Assembly (NCBI RefSeq): GCF_030028105.1
Contig: NC_092398.1
Coordinates: forward strand, 23,079,649-23,143,648
Direction: 5' to 3'
Source of the DNA: Mobula birostris
Lineage: Eukaryota
DNA length: 64,000 bases
Below the pieces are notes generated by a model that worked only from the letters and a program-made list of their open reading frames with translations, made no database searches and had not been told where the DNA came from. The position numbers were made by a program, and so were the translations under genes. Positions 1 to 28,500 of this stretch are shown piece after piece. Within the stretch, counting starts at the first letter, position 1, and the number at the start of each line of letters is the position of its first letter.

Positions 1-466
1 CTGTATCACTGCTGTGTGACTTCTGGCCTGAGCAGAAGGGCTAGTAGGGACCCACTGGGCTGAATTGTCCCCAGATAGCCATTAAAGCCAAAATCCTGCA
101 GACATTCAAGAACCTGAGACAAAACAGGGAAGCTCCGTAGTGTCGGGAAACGCCCAGCAAGTCAATTGGCGTCTCAGGAGATGGAATTATCTACAGACAG
201 ACAGCTCCTCAGGTGCTCCCACCCATGGACCTGCTGCATTGAGATGGTCCCATCACCCCCCACCACCCCACCTCCGACAGTAGTACAGTCCAGGGAAGAA
301 TTACAGACAGCCCTGTGGTCCGTGCCTTGGACAGCTTCCCTCTGGAAACGAAGGCTGGGAAGGTTGGACCCACTCACTGTGCTCTTCATTCCCGGTCTGG
401 ATATAGGAATCCGCCCATTCACCACCACCCCAACACCCCACCAACCAGCACTAGGCCTCGACTCAC

Positions 467-16508
<16,042 letters not shown>

Positions 16509-16890
16509 GGCGACGCCGCCACGTCTCTACGCATGCGCAGCCAGTGATGTTTTCAGACTGATTAGTTTGTTTGAGATACCATCACGCTGATGCTCACATC
16601 CAGGGTGATAAAAGGTCTGGGCTCCCTCCGCTAACTTCTCCCTTAGCCATTTACCTTTTGCACCGATCACCACCCAGTCTATCACACAGTACATACTGTT
16701 CCAATCTTGATAAGGGTCTGAGCCCGAAATGTCCACTGTTCATTTCCCTCCATGAATGCTGCCCGACCTGCTGAGTTCCTCCAGTATTTTGCGTGTATTA
16801 TTCTCGATTAACAGTATCTGCAGATTCTATGGTCCAGCTCTGTCTGGCATTCTTTGCAGAGACAACACTGTGTCTTAGGCACAAATATAC

Positions 16891-17218
16891 AAGTTCTATT
16901 TTAACTTCATCAGTCCACAGCACTTGTTTCCAAAATGCATCAGGCTTGTTGAGATCTTCCTTTGAACCTTTAGAATAGAACTTTTTGGCCGCAATGAGCA
17001 AAGGCATGTTTGGAGAAGAAAGGGTGCAGAATTTCATGAAAAGAACCCCTCTCCAACTGTTAGGCACAGGGATGGATCGATCTTGCTTTGGGCTTGTGTT
17101 GCAGCCAGTGGCACGGGGAACATTTACTGGTAGAGGGAAGAATGAATTCAATTAAATACCAGCAAATTCTGGAAGCAAACATCACACTGTCTGTAAAAAA
17201 GCCGAAGATGAAAAGAGT
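16891..17218. mobile_element. Tc1-like transposase remnant, internally inverted
   Basis: Minus strand FWKQVLWTDEVKIEL; plus strand ELFGRNEQRHVWRRKG...PTVRH...WACVAASGTG...MNSIKYQQILE. Confidence 0.85.
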
Positions 17219-17221
17219 GAA

Positions 17222-17352
17222 CATGAGGAAAGCTGCAGATGCTGGAAATTCAAGCAACCACATCAAAGTTGCTGGTGAACGCAGCAGGCCAGGCAGCATC
17301 TCCAGGAAGCGGTACAGTCGACGTTTCCGGCCGAGACCCTTCGTCAGGACTA
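17222..17352 (-). mobile_element. Penelope-like terminal-repeat fragment with hammerhead motif
   Basis: Reverse complement tagtc-ctgacga-agggtctcggccg-gaaacgtc-gactg followed by the family tail gatgctgcctggcctgctgcgttcaccagc. Confidence 0.75.
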
Positions 17353-17674
17353 GAATTGAATTGATTTTATTACTTACATTCTTCATATACATGATGGGTA
17401 ATAATCTTTTATGTTATGTCTTCGTCTAAATGGCAATATATTAAATTTTAATAAATAATATATACAACAGGATAGTCAATATAACATAGAAAGACAATTG
17501 CATCACATAGTGGGTAAATGCTGTCTTCCTGATGTTCAGGAGAGTCAGTCTATTGTATCCGATGTGACTATCAGCCACTTGAACAAGAAATGCGAAGGAA
17601 ATCGCAGAAATTAAAAGTATACAGTAAAGTTGGGATGGAGTTCGCAACGCGGCCGACATACACGGCAGAGTACT

Positions 17675-18890
17675 TAGACCATCAGACACAGCAGCAGAAT
17701 TAGGCCATTTGGCCCATCGAGTCTGCGCCGCCATTCAGTCATGGTTGACATATTTTCCCCTCCTCGGTCGTACTCCCTGTCCTCTGCCTGTAACCTTTGA
17801 TGCCACAGCCAATCAAGAAAATATCAATCCCTGCTTTAAGTACACCCAATGACCTGGCAGCATGTGCTAATAAATTCCACAAACTCACCACCCTCGGGCT
17901 AAAGAAATTTCTCTGCATCTCTATTTTAAATGGACACCCCTCTATCCTGAGGCTGTGCCCTCTTGTCCTAAACTCCCCCACCGTGGGAAACATCCTTTCC
18001 ACATCTGGTCTGTCTAGGCCTTTCAACATTTGAACGATTTCAATGAGATCTCCCCTCATCCTTCTAAATTCCAGCACGTACAGGCCCAGAGCTAACAAAC
18101 ATTCTTCATATGAGAAACCTTTCATTCCCGGAATCATCCTTGTGAACCTCCTCTGAACCCTCTCCAATGCCAGCACATCTTTTCTTTGATGAGGAGCCCA
18201 AAATTGTTCACAATACTCAAGGTGAGGCCTCACCATCACATCCTTGCTGTTAAATTCTAGCACTATTGAAATGAATGTTGACATTGTATTTGCCTTCCTC
18301 ACCACCAACTTTACCTGCAAGTTATCCTTCAGGGTGTTCTGCACAAGGATTCCTGAGTCCCTTTGCATCTCAAATTTTTTGGATTTTCTCCCCATTTAGA
18401 AAATAGTCTGTACATTTATTTCTTCTACTAAACTGACTATGCTTTTACCAACATTGTATATCATTTGCCACTTTCTTGCCCATTCTCTTAATCTGTCTGC
18501 AGCCCACCTGTTTCCTCAACACTATCTCTCTATCTTTGTATGATCTGTAAACTTGGCAAGAGAGCCACCTGTTCCATCCTCTAAATAATTGAAAAACAGC
18601 ATATAAAGGTGCCGTCTCAAAACCGACCCCTATGGAGGACCACTAGTCACTGGCAGCCAACCTGAAAATGATTCTTTTATTCCCACTCACTGCCTCCTAT
18701 CAGTCAGCCAATGCTCTCACCATGCTAGTAACTTTCCTGTGATACCACAGGCTCTTAACTTGGTAAGCAGCCTCATATGTGGCACCTTGTCAAAGGCCTT
18801 CTGAAAGTCCAAATATACAACATCCACTACATTCCCTTTATCCATCCTATTTGTAATCTTCTCAAAGAATTCCAACAGGTTTTTCAGGGA
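17675..18890 (-). mobile_element. CR1-like LINE, degenerate ORF2 (RT to 3' end)
   Basis: [16 protein letters not shown] and VRPHLEYCEQFWAP...[14 protein letters not shown]. Confidence 0.92.
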
Positions 18891-19211
18891 GATTACAAGT
18901 AGGATAATTAAAGGGGATGCAGTGGATGTTGTATATTTCAATTAGCTTTGTATTAATAGTTCAATAGTATTAAGTGTTGTTTGGTAACTGGAAAGACAAT
19001 ATAGAGTACTTTGCGAAAGTCAGCTATATATATGTACAGTATTGTATTATGAACAAAGTTATTTGAATTTATATTTGGAATTCTGTTAGGAATAAAAATT
19101 ATTTTTAAACTATCTTTCTAAGTACACAAAATCATACTAAAATATTTACAAAGGGAGGGAAAGAATTGTCAAGAGTTTTAAGGTCCATTCCAAACCCCGA
19201 ACTCCACAGGT

Positions 19212-19349
19212 TGCTGGGAATTGTAGTTCAAGGATCGGAGGCTGCCGGGATTGTAGTGCGGTAATATCTGTGACTACGTTTCCCGACGTGTATTGCGGCA
19301 TCTGCGCCTGCGCCCTGCGTGTGTCCGGAGAGGCCCCGGGACCGAGGTG
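19212..19349 (+). promoter_or_regulatory. GPKOW promoter with three ZNF143/THAP11 (SBS, ACTACA-type) motifs
   Basis: tgctgggaattgtagt at 19212-19227, tgccgggattgtagt at 19243-19257 and actacgtttcccgacgtgtattgcg at 19273-19297, followed by a CpG-rich first exon. Confidence 0.8.
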
Positions 19350-19513
19350 ATGGAGCAGCCGCCGGCACCGCAGCGAGAGGAGCCCGAGGCTGAGCGGGGA
19401 CCCGTCTCCTTCGGCTTCACCCGGACCGTCAGCAAACCGCGGGCGAAGGAGGCAGTGGAGTCGGAGGCCGAGAAGGAGACGGTGACCGGCGTGGAGGGCG
19501 GGGAGGTGTTGAG
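19350..19513 (+). CDS. GPKOW: GPKOW exon 1
   Basis: ATG 19350; PVSFGFTRT; donor gag|gtgagc. Confidence 0.9.
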
Positions 19514-22500
19514 GTGAGCAGCGGCCGGTGTCCGGGGGGTGGGGGGATCGGGGTGAGACCCAGGGTCCGAGGAGGGGATCCGGGTAGGTGGGGGTGAGAC
19601 CCGGAGTCCGGGAGTGGGAGAGACCTGTGCTGGTGGATTGAGGGGACGAGATAAGATTGGGGTGATCGATTGAGGGGGAGACCCTGGGTGGAGGGTGATG
19701 AACTGGGAATGAGCCAGAGTCCGAGGAGGTGATCGGGGAGGGGGCGAGACCCTGAGTCCCGGGAGGGGGAGTAACCCACAGACCCGGGTGGTGGATTGAG
19801 GATTGATGGGGGGGGGGGCAGACCCAGAGTTTGAGGAGGAGATTGGGGGAATGAGACTCAAGAGTCTCCGGAGGGGTCGGGGTAGAGACCTGGGGTGGTG
19901 AATTGAGGGGATGACAGAATCAGAGAAGATCAGGGTTGGAGGGGCGAGACCCACAATCCCAGGAGAGGGAAGTGTGAGGGGAGGGTTCTGTCCCTTGCAC
20001 ACATTCTCTTCCCCCAGGGCCCCCTTCATCCTAATCCACCCCCCATCCCATACACTCCCTCACACTCAATGCCCTCTCCTATCTCTCAATGCTCCCTCTT
20101 CCTCTCTTCGCACATCCTCTGCCATAACTAACCCTCCACTAAATTTGCTCCTCCCTGAACTTAAACAATGATGCTCCCCAAATCCATAAACAACCCCCCC
20201 CCCCGCACGCCCTCTACAAAAAACACCTCCTCCCCTTTCTCCACGTCCCAGCTGTAATTATCCTTTCTTCCTCCATCTAAACTCTATCCCTCGGCACGTC
20301 CTCCCACCCCAAGGTGCTTCCTTTTCTCTCTCCCTCCCACACCCCACGCTCTGGCCTTTGGGTTTCTGAGGGTGTGTGAGAGAGAGGGAAGGTGCTGTGT
20401 TTATGTGTGGACGTGGGAGGGAACCGGAGCGCCCGGGGGAATCCCACAGGGTCACAAGGAGGGAGAACGTGTGTATGCAGTTTGCACGTTCTCCTTGTGA
20501 CACCTTGTGTGTTTCCCCCATGGGTGCTCCAGCTCCCTCCCACGTCCCTGCGAATGTGTTGGGTTAATTGGCTGCTTCCTGGGGTGTATGAGATAGGGGA
20601 GTGTCAGTGTGGACACGAGGGGGAGTTGATGTACATTTGTAGCAGAGCCTGTTCCGGGGCCATGGGGATTCAAGAGGGATAGAGGTTAGGAGGAAGGACG
20701 AGAGCATTGGGGAGTGTTGGGGCTGAGAACGTTCAGAGATCTGTGGCAGGGTTGGGGAGAGAGTGCAGAAGAGGTGAGAGAGGAGAGGGTATATCTGCAT
20801 GAGGGACAGAGGATTTACGGGAAGGAGGGAGGGACAGACAGGCTCGAGGGAGGGAGGAAATCATTGGGTATAAGGGACGGAGGGTGGGGTGTGGGAGGGA
20901 GAGGAAAATGGGAGAATCTCATGATGGACGGGCGTGCTGATGGATGGAGAAAGGGAGAATGTTTTTTATAGAGAGAGCGCTGAGGGCGGGGGTCTTTTAT
21001 GGACTGGGGAATATTGTTCTATAAGGTCGAGGGGGTATTTAGTGAAGAGAGTGTTGAGGGGTATTAATGGCAGAGGGTGTGCTAAGGGGGTGAGGTATTG
21101 AGGGATAGACAGAGGGTGTATAGGACAGAGGGAATACTGAAGGGGGATTTAGGATGAAGGGGTGCTGGGGGTGTAAGGGAATATGTGTGAGGAACAGAAG
21201 ATGGAGAGAGTGATAAGATGGGGTTTGAGAAAGGAGGATAGAGGTTAGGAGGGAAGACAAGAGAATTGGTGAGGCTGCATCCGCCTAATTTATGTCCATT
21301 CCTCTCTGATTTCCTCTGCTGACCCATGTCCGTCCCTCTGTTACTCCCCCGCAACTAACTGACCTGTGTGCCTTTCCTCTCCCTTCCCCCACTGACCTGT
21401 GTCCGTCCCTCTCCCTTCTTCCCCCACTGACCTGTGTCCGTCCCTCTCCCTTCTTCCCCGATTGAACTGTGTCCGACCTCTCTCCCTTCCCCATTGACTT
21501 GTTTCTGTCTCCCTCTTCTTCCCCATTGATTTGTGTCCGTCTCCCTCTTCCTTCCCCCATTGACTTGTGTCCTTCTCCCCTCACCCTTTCCCCCATTGAC
21601 CCCATTTGTCTGTCTCCTGTCACTTACCCCCGCCAGCTTAAAGCCGCGGGAGAAGCCCCAGGAACTGATTGTGCCCCTCATCCGGAAGAACCGTTGGCAC
21701 AAGCCGGATTCAGGGGCCATGGCGACAGAGGAGAAGGAGGCAGAGGAGCAGGAGGACCCCGAGGTGCTGTCCAAGGCCGTGCAGGAGCTGATTGAAGGTG
21801 CAGAGAGTGGACTGGTGCCTGATTTGGGTGGAGTGTCTGCAGACCCCCTCAGGACTGGCACTGTGGGTGGTGGGTGTGCCAAGGGTCCCGGTGAGGGTAA
21901 GGCTAATTTTTGAGAGTGACCTACCTCCATTCTCCCACTCTGTGTTTGACCCTGGACAGAACGAGAGTCTGTTCCTCCTCAGGACAGATCCTATGCCGGG
22001 CCACAGACAGACAGCTTGCCATATTGGCACTGAACCACAATCAGCAGGCTCCAGTACTCCACCGACTTACCGCCCTTTGGCTATAAACTTCCTCCTCATC
22101 TCTGTTCTAAACCAACATCCTTGTATTCTGAGACTGTGCCCGCTGGTCCCAGACTCTTCCGCTATAGGAAACATCCTCTCCGCGTCCTCTCTATCAAGGC
22201 CTTTCAATATATGTAGTGTCATAAGACGTTGGCAGTCACACTCTTTCCTTGACCGTGATTGCTGTTGGCAAAGTCTTTCTACTGAAGTGGTTTCCTGTTG
22301 ACTTCTGGGCAGTGTCTTTACAAGATGGGTGACCCCAGTCTTCAGAGGCTGTCTGCCTGGTGCCAGCGGTCACATACCCAGGACTTGTGATCTGCACCAC
22401 CTTCTTCCACAGTTTCACGTGACCCTGATCCAGGGGGAGGGGGTGTGGCTGAGCCTTGCCCAAGGGTGACCTGTAGGCTAGCAGAGGGAAGGAGCGCCTT

Positions 22501-25500
22501 ACACCTCCTTTGGGGGAGATGTATCTCATAGAGCATAGAATAGTACAGCACAGTACAGGCCCTTCGGCCCACAATGTTGTGCCGACCTTCAAACCCTGCC
22601 TCCCATATAACTCCCCCACCTTAAATTAACTATACCTGTCTAGTAGTCTCTTAAACTTCACGAGTGTATCTGCCTCCACCACTGACTCAGGCAGTGCATT
22701 CCACGCACCAACCACTCTGAGTAAAAAACCTTCCTCTAATATCCCCCCCTTGAACTTCCCACCCCTTACCTTAAAGCCATGTCCTCTTGTATTGAGCAGT
22801 GGTGCCCTGGGGAAGAGGTGCTGGCTATCCACTCTATCTATTCCTCTTATTATCTTGTACACCTCTATCATGTCTCCTCTCATCCTCCTTCTCTCCAAAG
22901 AGTAAAGCCCTAGCTCCCTTAATCTCTGATCATAATGCATACTCTCTAAACCAGGCAGCATCCTGGTAAATCTCCTCTGTACCCTTTCCAATGCTTCCAC
23001 GTCCTGCCTATAGTGAGGCGACCAGAACTGGACACAGTACTCCAAGTGTACTACCCTATCTACCTGTGAGATTTTCTCTGTAGAAAACTTTGGCAGGAAC
23101 AGACTGTGAATGTTCACATCATACGACGACACTTCACAGAATGATGATGTCATACAACACAGCACAGAATGATGATGTCATATGGCACTGCACAGAATGA
23201 TGATGTCATACGACACAGCACATGATGATGATGAAAAACGACCTGTATACACAGGGTGGTTCATATATGGAGTGAACCATCAGAGGAACTGGTTGAAGCA
23301 GGTGCATTAACAACATTTCAGTGACACTTCACCAGGTACATGGATAGGAAAGGTTCAATAGTCTTCTCAATAGGGTAGAAGCTGTCTTTGAGCCTGGTGG
23401 TACATGCCCGCAGGCTTTTGTATCTTCTGCCCGATGAGCGAGGGGGAGAAGAGGGAGTGTCCAGGGTGAGAGGAGACTTTGATTATGCTGGCTGCTTTAC
23501 TGGGGCAGCAGGAAGTACAGGTGGAGCCCATGTGGTAGGAAAGCAGAGGAGGGATTTGGTCTGTAGGTTTAGACTGGGGGCGCCGGGAACACTCAGCAGG
23601 CCAGGACAGAGTCATCCACTCAATTGGCACCCTGCCCACCCCCTGAAATGCTCCCTCCTTCCATCCGTACTCTCTACAGAACACACCAGGGCTGGGGAAT
23701 TGAGAATGAGAGATTGGGTGAGAGAGGGGCAACTTTTTCACCCAGAGGGTGGTCCGTATATGGAAAGAGCTGCCAGAGGAAGTGGTTGAGGCAGGTACAG
23801 GAACAATGTTTAAAAGAGATGGGTATGTGGATTGGAAAGCTTTGATAGTCTTCTGACAACGGGATAGAAGCTGTCCTCGAGCCTGGTGGGACATGCTTTC
23901 CGGCTTATGTATCTTCTGCCCAGTGGGAGAGGGGAGAAGAGAGAATGTCCGGGGTCTTTGATTATTCTGGCTGGTACCGAGACAGAGGGAAGTGCGGACA
24001 GAGTCCACGGAGGGGAGGCTGGTTTCCGTGACGTGCTGAGCTGTGTCCACCACTGTCCGCGGTTTCCCACAGTCACGGGCGGACCAGTTGCCGTACTGAG
24101 CCGTGATACATCCGGATAGGATGCTTTCTGTATTCATCATTAAAACTTGGTGAGGGTCTATGCGACCGATATTCTCAGCATTCCCAGCAAATTCACTGCC
24201 AAAGTTCAAACAAAATTTTATTATCAGAGTGCATATATGTCACCATCTACAACCCTGAGATTCATTTTCCTGTGGGCAAACTCTGCCAATGTATAGACTA
24301 GTAAGTATAACAGGACCAATGAAAGGCCGCCCAACTAGGGTGATCAGTGGTGACTCGGTTTCTCCCCAGCTGGGGCTGGCTCGGCAGGAGTGGATGGGTT
24401 GCATTGGTGGGTGGGGAAGGTTTGGGTTTCGGTGGCGGGGTGGGGGGCAGGTTTGGGTTTGTATTGGTGGCTGGGGCAGGTTTGGGTGACGGGGTGGGGG
24501 GCAGGTTTGGGTTTGTATTGGTGGCTGGGGCAGGTTTGGGTGACGGGGTGGGGGGCAGGTTTGGGTTTGTATTGGTGGGTGGGGCAGGTTTGGGTGACGG
24601 GGTGGGGAGCAGGTTTGGGTTTGTATTGGTGGGTGGGGCAGGTTTGGGTGACGGGGTGTGGGGGGCAGGTTTGGGTTTGTATCGGTGGCTGGGCAGGTTT
24701 CGGTGACGGGGTGGGGGGCAGGTTTGGGTTTGTATTGGTGGGGGGGCAGGTTTGGGTGACGAGGTGGGGGGCAGGTTTGGGTTTGTATTGGTGGGGGGGC
24801 AGGTTTGGGTGACGGGGTGGGGGGCAGGTTTGGGTTTGTATCGGTGGCTGGGGCAGGTTTGGGTGACGGGGTGGGGGGCAGGTTTGGGTTTGTATCGGCT
24901 GGGCAGGTTTCGGTGACGGGGTGGGGGGCAGGTTTGGGTTTGTATTGCTGGGGGGGCAGGTTTGGGTGAAGAGGTGGGGGGCAGGTTTGGGTTTGTATTG
25001 GTGGGGGGGCAGGTTTGGGTGACGGGGTGGGGGGCAGGTTTGGGTTTGTATCGGTGGCTGGGGCAGGTTTGGGTGACGGTGTGGGGGCAGGTTTGGGTGA
25101 CGGGGTGGGGGGCAGGTTTGGGTTTGTATTGGTGGGGGGGAGCAGGTTTGGGTGACGGTGTGGGGGCAGGTTTGGGTGACGGTGTGGGGGGCAGGTTTTG
25201 GTGACGGTGTGGGGGCAGGTTTTGGTGACGGGGTGTGGGGGCAGGTTTGGGTTTGTATCGGTGGTTGGGGCAGGTTTGGATGACGGGGTGGGGGGGAGCA
25301 GGTTTGGGTGACGGGGTGGGGGGGTTGCAAGTGACCCACCGATACTCCTCTCAACCTTTCTGCTCTTGCGCTGCCCCGGCCGCAGAGTCGCAGAGGTACC
25401 AGGAGAAGTGGAAGGAAGGCAGCCGGGATGACGGGACCCTCAGCATCCCTCTGCTGATGCAGAACCAGGCGCCCCGCGGATACGAGGACGGGGAGAAGGT

Positions 25501-28500
25501 CAACGTGGAGCTGCGGCCGGAGTCGGTGGGTCAGGGGTCAGAGATGTGTTGGGATGGGGGGAATGCTAACCTTTTTAGCAACCACTGATTTAACCCTAGT
25601 CTGATCACGGGACAACTTACAGTGTTCAATTAACCTACCAAGCAGTGCCTCTTCGGAATGCGGCAGGAAACTGAGCTCCCGGAGGAAAGTTGTGTGGTCT
25701 CGGAGAGAGCGTACAAACCCGTTACAGGCAGCGGTGGGGATTGGTACTGTAAAGCGTTGTGCCAGGGCGAAGCCTGTGGGCAGTAGCGGTGACGAGGGGT
25801 GTGCCCCTACTGCAAGAATGCAGTGTGGAGGGATCTCCCTCACCGCCCGTGTTGACCGCGGAGGGGTAGAGAGAACGCGAGACAGTTCGGAGGAGGGGTC
25901 TGCCCTCTTGGGAGGGGCGGTTAGAAGGGATGTACAGCCCCCCCCCCATCAATTCATGTTGACTAGGAGGGGCAGGGCTGTCCAATGTGTGAGAGGGGCT
26001 CTGAGGTTGGATCTCCTCCACTGTGGGAGGGATGTGAGGCAGGTACTTGGTGCAGTGGGGCAGAACTGTCCAGTGTGTGAAATGATGGGGAGGGGTTGTC
26101 CCGTGGGGAGGGGTGAGGAAGTGGGATGTTTCTCGGTGACTGACCAGCGCTCCCCCCCACCCCCCCGCTCAGTCCACAGCAGAAGACTACGAGTCGGTGC
26201 CTGTGGAAGCCTACGGCATGGCCATGCTGAGAGGCATGGGCTGGAAGGAGGGAGAGGGAATCGGACGCACATTCAAGCAGTGAGTTGGGGTGCTGGGGGG
26301 GCAGGGGGAGGGGCCCGTGCGAGGCGGGATCTGTCAGTGTGGGCGGAGACTGTCAGAGGCGGGATCTGTCAGTATGGGCGGAGTCTGTAAGAGGCGGGAT
26401 CTGTCAGTGTGGGCGGAGCCAGTGAGGTGCAATCTGTCAGTGTGGGCGGAATCTGTAAGAGGCGGGATCTGTCAGTGTGGGCGGAGCCAGTGAGGTGTAA
26501 TCTGTCAGTGTGGGCGGAGTCTGTAAGAGGCGTGATCTGTCGGTGTGGGCGGAGCCAGTGAGGTGTAATCTGTCAGTGTGGGCGGAGTCTGTAAGAGGCG
26601 TGATCTGTCGGTGTGGGCGGAGCCAGTGAGGTGTAATCTGTCAGTGTGGGCGGAGTCTAAGAGGCAGGATCTGTCAGTGTGGGCGGAGCCTTGTAAAAGG
26701 CGGGATCTGTCAGTATGGGCGGAGTTTGTTAGGGGCGGGATCTGTCAGTGTGGGCGGAGCCTGTCAGAGATGGGATCTGTCAGTGTGGGTGGAGCCTGTC
26801 AGAGGTGGGATCTGTCAGTGTGGGCGGAGCCTTGTAAGAGGCGGGATCTGTCAGTGTATTGGGGCCTGTCAGAGGCGGGATCTGTCAGTGTGGGCAGAGT
26901 CTGTGAGGCGGGATCTGTCAGTGTGGGTGGAGTCTGTCAGAGGCGGGAACTGTCAGTGTGGGCAGGGGCAGAACTGTCGATGTAGTTGGAGCTTTATCAG
27001 GTTGAGGGGGGGAGCCAGTGTGGTAATTTCTACCCCTTTCCCTTTCTCTATTTTCAATTCTGCATTACGGGTGGGAGGGGACAGGGTCAGTGATTGGTGG
27101 GAGGCTCGGAGGTCGCAGTCATTGATTGGCGGGTGGATCAGAGGGCGGGGCCAGTGATCAGTGGGTGGGGCAGAGGGCAGGACCGGTGATTGGCGGTTGG
27201 ATCAGAGGTCATGGTCAGTGACTCGCGGTTGGGCCAGAGGGCAGGGTCAGTGACTGATCGGCAGGCGGCGCCTGTGATGATCTCTGTTTCTCTCCCCCCC
27301 CCCCCCACCCCCCGAGGGACGTGAAGCCATTGGAGCAGCAGCTGCGGCCGAAGGGGCTGGGACTGGGGGCGGACCGGTCCGTGGCCCGGGACCTGGAGCC
27401 GAGCCGTCCCACCAGGCCCCCAAAACCGGGCGAGGAGCGGCCGGAGGAGGAGCCGCAGGGCCCAGCTCTGGGCAGGAAGGTTCAGATCCGGCAGGGACCC
27501 CACCGGGATCTGTACGGACAGGTAAAACAGGTCCAAAACCTCCCCTCCAAGAACACCCCCCCCCCTATCTCCCCTCCATCAGCACCCCCACCCCCCACTG
27601 CCCATGGGGCAGAGCTGTAGGGTCAGGTAACCCTCCTGGGACTAACCTTCTGTCTCACACACCTGTGGGACCCTCCCCACCAAGAGCATTATGGAGAGAT
27701 AACACCTTGTCGCCTCCTCTCTCTCCTTCCTTTATAGGCTTCTGCTAGTCTCATGAGACCATGGATTTGTGCCTTGGAAGGTTTCCAGGGTGCGGGCCTG
27801 GGCAAGGTTGTATGGAAGACCGGCAGTTGCCCATGCTGCAAGTCTCCCCTCTCCATGCCACCAATGTTGTCCGAGGGAAGGGCATTAGGACCCATACAGC
27901 TTGGCACTAGTGTCGTCACAGAGCACTGTGTGGTTAAGTGCCTTGCTCAAGGACACAACACGCTGCCTCAGCCAAGGCTCGAACTAGCGACCTTCAGATC
28001 ACCAGACGAATGCCTTAACCACTTGGCCACGTGCCAATGCTCTCTCTCCTACCCCACTAGAAACTGAACAGATAAGTAACCCCGTTTCATTCTCACCCCC
28101 CCCCCCCCACCGGGTGTGAACGAAGGTCCACAAGTGTCAGCATCTCTGACGACCCATCCTGACCCTCGCGTTTCGATACAATTACAAAGAAGGCAAGACA
28201 GCGGCTATATTTCATCAGCAGTTTGAGGGGATGTGGTTTGTCACGGCAGATGTACCGTGGAGAGCATTCTGACTGACTGCCTTCACAGTTCGGTATGGGG
28301 GTGTGGGTGATGGTGTCGGGCTTCAGCAGCTGCAAAAAGTTGTGAACGCAGGCAGCTGCATCGTGGACACTGGCCTCTTCAGCATCCAGGACATCAAGGA
28401 GCACTGCCTCAAAACGGCGGCATCCATTATTACAGACCCCCGTCACACAGGACAGGCCCCTTTCTCACTGTGACCATCCAGAAGGAGGTACAGGAGCTCC

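Noticed and set aside
18805-18942. Imperfect hairpin at the 5' end of a CR1 copy
   Set aside because: It is two diverged CR1 pieces in opposite orientation, which is ordinary repeat nesting.
23128-23235. C/D-box snoRNA cluster (repeated atgatga)
   Set aside because: No D boxes or terminal stems; it is a tandem amplification of a retroelement tail.
24344-25354. 336-aa repetitive ORF
   Set aside because: Minisatellite translation, antisense within a GPKOW intron.
27985-28037. tRNA gene
   Set aside because: The A/B boxes belong to a SINE head and do not form a full cloverleaf.
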